Positions 54,333 through 64,000 of a DNA stretch of 64,000 nucleotides are shown in pieces. The notes under the pieces were generated by a model. The model was not told where the DNA came from. It did no database searches and saw only the letters and a list, made by a program, of their open reading frames with translations. Both the position numbers and the translations under genes were made by a program. Origin of the DNA: Octopus sinensis (taxonomy: Eukaryota); NCBI RefSeq assembly GCF_006345805.1, contig NC_043001.1, positions 49,848,001-49,912,000 of the forward strand, given 5' to 3'. Numbering within the stretch: the stretch's first letter is position 1; the number at the start of each line of letters is the position of its first letter.

Positions 54333-54889
54333 GCGCGCACACACACACACACACACACCTAAACATATATAACTTGACTTAGTCTCAAAAATAAATGTAA
54401 ATATTAATTAACTGCCAAGAAATGAAATGAAGCAGCAGACAGACAGATAGGTGAGGAAAAAAAAATTAAAATTAAAAGTAAAAAAAAAAAAATTGGAAAC
54501 ATACGTGTTAAGATGTCTGGAGATGTTGCTCTGCAGTTTAAATCAAAAATCTTAACAATTGTTTTAACAGAGCTAACAGAAAGTTGCAGCAACAAACAAA
54601 TCAACAAAAAGTAAAACCACCATGGAAAAATTTTTATACTAGAACAAGACACAAAGTTTTAGGGAAGAAGTGTAATGAAATGAAAACAAACCAGTATATG
54701 ACAGGTATGTGTTTTTACTGAACCTGGAAGATTAGAAAACCTTATGTTTAGAACTTCAGAATATAAAAAGGGTACAAAGGTGACAACTTATCAAGATCCA
54801 TGATAAGTGGGAGGATCACCCAAACTGGTTCAAATCATTGTTATCATTATCACCACCAACATCATTACCATCATCATCATCCTCTACAT

Positions 54890-57289
54890 CAGAGTTTCTT
54901 AAACTTTTTTCATTCATAACCCCATTTTTCATCATGAGATTTTTTTGTGACCCCAGGAAATAAAGTATACAAATAAATACATAAATCATTTATTTTTTTG
55001 ATGAACAATATACACACATCATCATTTAACGTCCACTTTCCATGCTAGCATGGGTTGGACGATTTGACAGAGGACCTGGCGAACCAGATGGCTGCACCAG
55101 GCTACAATCTTGATCTGGCAGAGTCAATATTGGAGCCTGGTGCAGCCATCTGTTTCTCCAGTGCTCAGTCAAATCGTCCAACCCATGCTAGCATGGAAAG
55201 CGGACGTTACATCTACATTTTTCATTATTGAATGATATTTGGTTCTAATAAGGGTTAAAGCTGAAAATGTCGTTTCACATAGGTATGTGGTGCTAAATGA
55301 CAAAAGAACATGTAATGCCATTTCAGAAATAGTGGGAAATTCACCTTTAGCTCCAATCCAGAATTCAGTCAAAGACTTGTTTGTAAAATCAAGTTTCAAG
55401 TTTGAATCACTTGATAGCTCAATGAACTCCTCTTGGGCTTTATACAGCAGATCATTAATATCATCAATGTCAATTGAAAATGGTTTCTGAATCCAAGATA
55501 ACTTTTTGAAATTAAAATTTGATATGAAGTATTTGCAAAACTGTGTTTCTAGGGCATTTAAGTGGTATTTAATTTTTGCAATTATTTTTTTCAATTATAA
55601 AATCTTCAATAACCAGAAACACTTCGAGTGAATCACTTTTCACCCTATTATTCCAAATGTTTTATCATTCGAAGTAAATACATTGTTTTTCTATTTTTGA
55701 AGAGAAAAGTTGAGATCGCTTAGTTTCTCAAAAATATCTGACAAATGGCATAAATTTGAAAGTCATAAGTCATTTTGAAAAAGAGCAGCAAGACCAGATT
55801 TTTGTTCAGTTAAAAATATAATAATTTCGTCTTTTAACAGCAATAATCTGTATAAACTTCACCCTCTTGACAACCACTTTACTTTTGTGTGTAATAATAA
55901 GTTTTTGTATTCTGAGTTCATGTCTATACAGAGATTTAAAAATAAATGGCTGTTAAGGATACGGCTTTGAATAAAGTTTATAATTTTGATAACATCCTGA
56001 AGCATATCGTTTAATTCCAGTGTTAATTTTTTTTGCTGCAAGAGCCTCTCAATGGCTCATGCTATGTATAAAAGTTACATGATTACTACCAGCAGCCTTA
56101 AACCAATATTTTTACTCATCATCGCTTTTGCACCATCTGTGCATACTCCAATACAATTTTTCCATTCCAAACCTACAGTTTTAAAAAATCCATCAACTTT
56201 ACTATATATGTCTTTCCCTCATGTATGTTCTTCCAAATGATGTCAAAATAACTATTCTTCATTGGCATTTTCTTTATAAATGTATCTGATGTGTACTAAC
56301 AATTGTGCCATTTTTAAAATATCAGTTGTTTTGTCCAACTGAATAGCAAATTTTGTGTTTTCTTTAAGCATAGAAATAGATGGTTGTTGCTAATTTCAGT
56401 AATTCTATTGGCAACAGTGTTGTTCAATAAAGGAATTTTCCGAATTTCATCACCATATTTACTTCTGTGAAATATTTCTACCATCTTCATAGTAGCAGGT
56501 AATAAAAGTTCTTTCCCAATGGTGTATGGCTTTTTATTTTTTGCAATTGGATATGAAACTTCGTATGATACTAATAAATATTTTTCATTTATAGCCAAAA
56601 ATTTCTCAAAATTTTGCTTTTCTATATTTGAAGATATAAACAGTCTTTCAAAATATATCTTTGCTTTATTGATGTTTGAATTCAAGATGCCTTTTTAATT
56701 TTGAGGGTTTCATACTCCCCACGGCCAAAACGTTATTGCAAATTAAACAAAGAGGTTGTTCCATACCATTGCTATTATTAAAAGTGAAGCCAAATTGGAG
56801 AACTGACTCATCATATTTTCTTTTTCCACATCTCAGATGCCTCTCTCTGATTACTAGGTTCTGCTTGAACAGACTTTGTAGCATTGCCATCTGCATCATT
56901 ACTTTTGTTACTCAAGTTCAATCATTTATCCATGAGTAAAATATTTTTATTTTGAAATATAAATAAAATAACATTTCATAAAATAACTATGAAATTCTTT
57001 AAATAAATATCAACCTCAATTGAATAAAACAGTAAAATGTATTGTTATTTATATACTTATTAAGATGAACACAATCAACCAACTACACTGAAAATACACA
57101 CGTTGTCACTGCACTAGTTGCAACAGCACTGCATTTGCATTTTATTACTGCAGCGCTTGCATGGCACATCACATTAAATATTGTGCATTTGTGAAATAAC
57201 AAACTGAAGTTTGAATTTAATTTTTGTGACCTCAGTATTTCACTTCACAACCCCAAATGGTGTCGTGTCTCATAGTTTAAGCAATGCTG
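54890..57289 (-). mobile_element. Buster-type hAT transposon (2400 bp), decayed
   Basis: 8-bp TSD ctctacat (54882-54889, 57290-57297) with central TA; TIRs CAGAGTTTCTTAAAC / CAGCATTGCTTAAAC; fragments for a BED finger (PLCLICNNVLAVGSMKPSKLKRHL), KPYTIGKELLLP, LLLHTKVKWLSRG and the dimerization domain (LLSFSTTYLCETTFS). Confidence 0.92.
55018..55208. mobile_element. RTE-tail insertion with fold-back, inside the hAT transposase 3' end
   Basis: aacgtccactttccatgctagcatgggttggacgatttgac...ccaggct (about 55028-55103) is inverted at about 55133-55208. Confidence 0.8.
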
Positions 57290-58339
57290 CTCTACATCAT
57301 GATCATCATCTCAGCTTGACCAGAGGTAAACTGCAGTTATATGTACTGACTGATAAGTGATATTGTGTCTATCTCATCGTTGGCAATAGCAAGTGTATAC
57401 CATGCATGCATGCATGGGCAAGTACATTCAACTAACTCCAGGCTGACCAAAGTGATGTGAGTGTATCTAATAGACAGAAACTAAAAGAAACTAGTTGAAT
57501 GTGCAAATGTACGTGCATGCATGTGCATGTGTGTACCTGTGTCTAGACATCACATGATGCTTGTAAAGCAGCATCATTGTCATATAAGTGAGGTTGTTTG
57601 TTTCTCGTCTTCTGAGAAAAAAACATACTTAGCCATGGGAAAATATTACCCTGCTTAGAGACAGGTAAGGGTTAGCAATAGGAAGGGCATTTTGCTGTAG
57701 AAAATCTGTTTCAACAAATTCCACCTGACTCATGCAACCATGGGAAAGTGGATATTAAATGATGACAATGTATGCATGTATGATGTACAAATATGCTTTG
57801 TGATTGCAAGGCATTTAAATTGTGGATATCATCTTAAAATAAATGGCACACTGAACATTGTAGTCCCTGATAAACAAAGGGATAGCAACAATAGGTGATC
57901 GTAGGTTTGGCTCAATGAAGGTTGGGCTAGAGTTGAACAAGAACAAAAAACAACAACCTATACACAAAAAAACTGGGTTAAGGTTAGCATTGTTAACTAA
58001 CAGAATAACTAACACATAGTGCAACGAGTTTTTCTAATACCAAGATATCTACAACAAGGTAGGTTTGTCCATTGGAGAGTTAAGTGAATCAAATGTTAGC
58101 AATCATCTACTGAAGTGGCAACTTCAGCATGATACACTATCAACAACTTGATCATAATATCAACACTTATTCACTCTTCCAGCTCTCTCTCTAATAATAC
58201 TAATAAAACTACTATTTCCTTGCAATAGCATGTGTCTTTGACATGTATATACACATGCTGAGAGTGATCCATCTTGACTCTTTTGACTGAGCTCAAAGCT
58301 TCTCCCTTTGAGAGTTTTGCAGCAAAAATTCACCTAATC

Positions 58340-58680
58340 ATGGCAGGTATGTCTGTGTGGTAAGAAGTTTGCTTCCCAACCATGCAGTTTCTGGTTCAGC
58401 CCCACTGCACAGTACCTTGAAGAAGGGACTTCTATTATAGCTGCAGGCTGAACAAAGTGTGCTTGTGTGTGTGTTTGTGTCTCCTTGTCTTGAGATTGCA
58501 TGATTGTTGTAAATAAATGACATTAATTTCCAATGTCTTGCAAAGCACCTGACTGGCCATGGTGAAACATTACCTTGCTTGCAAACATGTAAGGTTTGGT
58601 GACAGGAAGAGTATCCAGCTGTAAAAAAATTTGCCTCATACTCCATCTGATCCATGCATTATGGGAAACGATGATGATGG
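58340..58680 (+). mobile_element. SINE family B: family-A-like tRNA head with an RTE-type tail
   Basis: Head ggcaggtatgtctgtgtggtaagaagtttgcttcccaacc; 3' end ...catgcattatgggaaacgatgatgatg; related copies at about 14155-14545 and 57400-57770. Confidence 0.6.
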
Positions 58681-61600
58681 TGCTGGTGGTACAGCCATTT
58701 TAAATGAAAGCTAAATGCTTGGCATTCACAGACAGGGTTTTACTAGCATAAAACAGGATTTCTATGATTGCAAACATTGCAGGCATGCTTAGTAATGTAA
58801 AAGGATATAGTACGATTAGTCACAACATTGACATGTAAAGTTTTTTTGGGTTTTTTTACTCCCACTAGATGTAAAACAAAAATTAAAAAAAAGGTGAGGA
58901 ATATAACCTATACTTCACAGCTGAGTGATTTATGTTAAGGCAGAGTAATCAGTTGTTAAAAGATCACTTGGACCAATAATTCATGCCAAAATATTAGAAA
59001 ATATTACAGATATTTTAGAACTGTCTAGCATATGGAAAAATGGATTTGAGAATGATAGAGAGAAAAAAAAAAGATTAAAGAAATAAAACAAAGAATATAC
59101 ATATATACATTAAAAAAATATGAAAAATGTTATTCTCTGGCAGACTAAACCAAAATTTTTTTTAAAAAGTGCAAAAACAATATTGAAATGTCTTTTCTAA
59201 CTGATGTCTGTTAAACATTGAGTATTGCTAATCTAATTCGTGTTATAGAATTTATTGTTGTGGTTTGGGAATCTCTTTGGCAGGATGCAAAGATAATTGA
59301 AATATAATAGAACACACAAATACAATATTAATAATATTATTATTAATAATAATAATAATTCTTTTAATATGATTCTTTTTTGTTCATTTATTATCATCAT
59401 TATTTTTACTATTGTTGTCATTATAATGTATCAAACTAGATCAGATCCCATACATTAAGTAGCATGTGTGGCAGTAAGGGTCATAGGGTAGCACGTTTGA
59501 TGAGAGAAAACATTAATGTAGTTAAAAAGAAACACAAAGGAAGACCGATGATGCATACTGGGAATTGTTAACTAGAAAGAACAGACTGTTGAAGCAATGG
59601 GTAATGAATACTGGCCCTCTAGTTTGAGTTCAAGAACTACTAAATATTCTGTGATTTCCTGAGAGAGAGAGCCCATATATTCAGGCAGTAGTGAAGGGGC
59701 ATGGGTGTGTAAAAGCCACTGGCATGGCAATGTCTGGATACAATCAACTTGATAGAATAGAACAAAGAAACAGTTGAGAAATATCAAAATCATGGTCTTG
59801 TGTGCTACTGTAATTCTGTTCTTGGCAATACCAATAGTAATAAAGTTTCTAGGAATGGTATCAAATAAGTTGGATAAATAATTAAATACAATAGAACAGA
59901 ATATCTCAAAAAACTAATTTGTCTGGAACAGCTCACATATTTAAAGAATATTAGAGAGTGAGAGCTAAGCTACTGTTGATGCAAAAGGTACAAAGCTGAA
60001 TGGAGTGAAAGCACCTATATTGGATAATGACCACTCGTGCTCATAGTAGTTAGCAAGATTTGGTTCAACCAGCAAAATTATAGTGTGTATCTTGGCCATT
60101 ATTTAACATCTCTGATAATGACCTTCAAGACAAAGAAACATGTATGTATATACACATATGCAGACGTACACACACATGCATGTGTATGTTTGTGCTTCCA
60201 TATGGTTTCACCCAGAAGATATTTTGTGCTCTAAGGCTATAGTAGAAGACACTTGACCACTGTACGGTGCAGTGGTATTGAACTGGAACCAGATGGTTGT
60301 GAATTGAACTTCTTAACCACATGGCTGAGTTGAGAAAAAAATACTTTTGTTTTCATTTTCTGACCTTTTCTTTAATATTGGGTCAGACATGTCATCCTGT
60401 TAAGTGAACAGAATGAGGAAAGGAAGTGTACATCAAACATAGCTCTACTGGCCAAATACAAGCTTTGATCAATCATTGTTTAATCATCAATTAATTAACT
60501 AATTAATTTATAGATTGTAAAATAAATCAATAAACATGTTTCAGCAGTCTGCTGGGAAATAATGAAACAGCAGTGAGAACATACTGAATGGGAAAAATTA
60601 ACTACTAAAATTACAATTTTAAATAAAAGGGCAGAGTGCTACATCAGGAGCTCACATAGAGAAGATTATTTGATACTAGGTAATAATGGTTGATCAGATT
60701 AATACACTGGATAAATATTTTAGGGAAAATATATTAGTTGATTAAAATGTGGCACTTCTACTTTCATGGTGATGGTGGCAGTGGTGGAAATGGCACACAA
60801 CAGTGTTTTAAATCTCCATAGTAAGAGAATACTGAAAGAAAGAATGCCATTCAAAATGCTTGTTATTTATATCTGCACTTTGCTTAAAAGCGGAGAAATG
60901 TATTCAGTCCTGGTTTTATTTGTCTAATAATATTCTTTCCTAATTTTGGCACAAGACCAGTAATTTTGAGTGGAGAGCAAAGTTTATTCAATTGAACCCA
61001 GTGCTTCACTGGTACTCAATTTATGAACCCTGAAAAGACAAAAGACAAAGAATACAAGGTCATTCTAAAGACCTATTACACTGCAATGTACTTTCTATTG
61101 GGTAGATCTAATACAGAGCGAACATACTTAACCTGGCAGAAGAAAAAAAACCTTACCAATAGATCAAACATAAATAGCAATATGTTAGCTAATGTTCACA
61201 GGAACATCATAGTGAAAAATAAGCTGTTAACTGACATGGATATCCAACAGATTCAAGTATATGTTCAGGCCAATGGTCATGTTCAGATGATGCAAAACAT
61301 CCCTCCACTGCAGAAGTGAAACCTAGTACAAGAAATACTGAAACTGAGGTAGTCAAGGAAATAGCCACTGATATTATTGTAAATCAGCTTGATTATAGTG
61401 CAGGTGGATACACAGTCAGCTTTACTTGACAATCTGAAGACAATAATTCTATCAGAATGGATCGAAGGCCAAACACATAGAACTGATCGCAATGATCTCC
61501 CAACTCAAGACAAAATGTTAGAATAACAGGTAAGGTAAATATTGTTATAAAATCCATCTTGAATAAAATGAAGTAGGTGTTATTTCACTGAATAATCTAG

Positions 61601-62117
61601 TACTGCAATAAAATCAATGTATTAGATCTGATAGTGAAAAAGTTGACCACAGTGTAATTTGAACTCAGAATGTAATGACAGACAAAATGCCGCTAAGCAT
61701 TTTGTTTGGTGCCCAAGCACTTCAGCTAGCTTGTCACCTTAATAATAATCCATTCTGCTATAGGTACAAGCCTTAAACTTTTGAGGAAAGGGCTAATTGA
61801 CTACATCAACCCCAGTACTCAAGTGGTACTTATTTTATCAACCCTGAAAGGATGCTAGGCAAAGTCAACCTTGGCGGAATTCTGCAAAGCAATCCCAAGC
61901 CACCTCAACCAAGGATAGCTATTTTGAGGGGAGTAGGTAGTTGATTACATTGATCCTTGTATTTGACTGGTACTTATTTTACTGACCCCCAGAGAGATAG
62001 ATGAAAGACAAAGCCCACAAAAGATGATGACAACAAAATGATGACACTGCTGTCTTCTGTCTTCTCTTTGATGACAATGACAGATGGTGAGAAAGACCAA
62101 AAGAAATACAGACTCAC

Positions 62118-62420
62118 CTTGAATGACGACTTCACGGGTTACATTGCTGATGGAATCCCCATTGGTACTGACAAGCCTACAAGTGTAATTTCCAGTGTCA
62201 TTCAAACTAAGGTCCGTCAGTGTAAGACTATAGTCTTCACCCACTGACACTCCCGCTTTATCGCCATTCACTGCACTGGGTTTTGGACTGAGGTCATGGC
62301 CGATGAGGAGCTGGTCATTTATGTACCACTTGACCGCTGCAACCTTTTCAGACGTTTCACTGCATGGTATCATAATCATACCATTTGCTTCCGCAAACAA
62401 TGTATTGCTGTCTGTAGAAT
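62118..62420 (-). CDS. Ptp99A: Coding exon, Ig-like domain of a Ptp99A-like receptor tyrosine phosphatase ectodomain (most 5' exon in the window)
   Basis: Acceptor ttttccag|AT and donor CAAG|gtgagt; 303 nt, phase 1-1. Encodes DSTDSNTLFAEANGMIMIPC...KWY...YSLTLTDLSLNDTGNYTC...REVVIQ with the Ig Cys/Trp/DxGxYxC signature. The exon is well supported; the gene name rests on my recall of Ptp99A-family architecture and sequence, not a database search. Confidence 0.8.
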
Positions 62421-62989
62421 CTGGAAAAGTAAATGGAAATAGTAATGTATAAGTTAACAGGATTAAAACTGAATATAACACTGTACATTTTGATTACTAT
62501 TTAGTATATAAAAGGTTTAAATGCTAATTATGCATTAATCATATTTAGTCTCGCAGCAAAATAATATTGGGGTTATAACTGATTATATAAAGTAAGTAGA
62601 TGTCAATGGGAAGTATAAAGTTGTATGAGCTCAGTTCTTCACCAAAAAAAGAAAATAATAATTATTTTTTGTTTGTGCTAATATAAGTGTGTTTGTGTGT
62701 ACATGTGTGCATGCGTGAATGTAAAGAAAACCTGTCACTTGTAAGTATGACTTAGTAGCAGGTGCTATGTTTTCACCAATTGTTTTAGATGCCTATGTAG
62801 TTGCAAGCAGATAAAAATATCCTCTCAGCCCTTGACTCATTGAAACATCTGGTATAAAGGAAGAGGTGGATGGTTTTCATTTTCGGCTGAGTTGACTGAA
62901 CCAGTATAAAATGAAGTACTTTGCCCAGTTCAGGAGTCAACCCCACAACCACAAGACCATGCATCCAACATCCTAACCAATAGGCTAGC

Positions 62990-63235
62990 ATTCTATTCTC
63001 TTTTGCACAGACCACTAACTACCTATGATGACTGCTATGATCTTCCCATGTTCCCCACACAACAGAGGCTGTCAGCATCTCTGACTCTCAAAGAACTGGA
63101 GATTGCATTCTGCCAGCTGACAACAAAGCACTTGGGCTGGTTTGCTGGTTCTACTCCATCTGAAATCTACAAACAAGGAAGAAGATCTATGGAAGTTCAT
63201 TTCACAAATATAAGAATAACAATCTGTCTTGAGCA
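62990..63235 (+). mobile_element. RTE-type LINE fragment upstream of the RT domain
   Basis: LTLKELEIAFCQLTTKHLGWFAGSTPSEIYKQG resembles the PTxxExxxAIxxL..GKAPG.D.IPxExYK linker of non-LTR RTs. Confidence 0.55.
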
Positions 63236-64000
63236 ACTTTAACTCTTTAGCATTCAAATTACTCTGTCAAATATAATGCTTATTTATTCACATTGTTTTG
63301 AATTAATCCTGCATTACCTCACATATTTGAGATATTGATGATGTGATTATTAATTTTTTAGAATGGCATAGTAAGCTAGGTGTAAGATGCCAGAGAACAT
63401 AAAACAGGTGGAATATTTTGAATGGATATGGCTGTTTTAAATACTAAAGGGTTACAGATGTCAACTATCAACATCATCATCATTTTATGTCAGCTTTCCA
63501 TGCTGGGATGAGTAGGATGGGTGTTCAGATTTGAATCAGTTCTTATTTGAAGTTACTCCTCCATTTCATTTTTGGTTTGGATTTTAAAGTTGGATGCTCT
63601 TCCTATCACTACTGCAAGAAAGGTTGTCATACCTTTGGCAAGTCTCATTCATTCAGCAATTACTTCACAGAGTGTACTGAGTTCGTTTTATTTTCGCACC
63701 AGCACTAAAGAGATTATCTCTTAACTTGTAAAACAAACATATCCTTACTACTCTATGATGTATTTGTTCACTCAAAACACTATGACTGAGAAGGTGAGTA
63801 GAAAAGAGGGTGATGACTAATGAACCATAATGGGTGGGTGGAAGGATTAAGAGTATGCTGGTAGAAACAATGATTGGTGTAAAAGAATGGCAAATGGGGA
63901 GAAAAACTGACAAATAGTAATAGAGGTGGACAATAGTAAGAGTGAGTGATGGCTGTCAATAGCAAGTGGCTGAAGGAAGACAGACTGATGACTAGGGTGC

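Noticed and set aside
59572-59793. Exon-like ORF after a pyrimidine-rich acceptor
   Set aside because: No domain signature, and it reaches a stop without a convincing donor.
61945-62481. 178-aa ORF read as a stand-alone Ig protein with a hydrophobic tail
   Set aside because: Strong splice sites bound the Ig part (62420-62118); the flanks are intron read-through.

Overview
Eukaryotic, AT-rich, repeat-dense DNA. The SINE families, (TA)n/(CA)n microsatellites and RTE tails look like an Octopus (coleoid cephalopod) genome; this is an inference. One protein-coding gene crosses the window on the minus strand. Seven GT-AG exons (62420-62118, 20261-20138, 18546-18368, 11931-11750, 9569-9455, 6451-6257, 1212-1117) splice in frame (1194 nt, 398 codons) into one Ig domain plus three FN3 domains. 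This ectodomain most resembles the Ptp99A-type receptor tyrosine phosphatase, and the gene continues beyond both window edges. The introns, including one of 41.9 kb, hold tRNA-derived SINEs, RTE-type LINE fragments, mariner, piggyBac, Buster-type hAT, Chapaev-like and Helentron-like elements and MITEs. The most unusual signal is a set of small microsatellite-associated, Penelope-like repeats carrying minimal hammerhead ribozyme motifs of three kinds. One has a canonical core (3.9 kb). One is a U4C variant (42.8 kb, both strands). One family has a compensatory G3-C8 swap of the C3-G8 core pair (four copies, at 11.2 and 50.9 kb). Most sit in fold-back (inverted) structures, and at least three further fold-back insertions plus a locally templated inverted insertion occur in the same introns.
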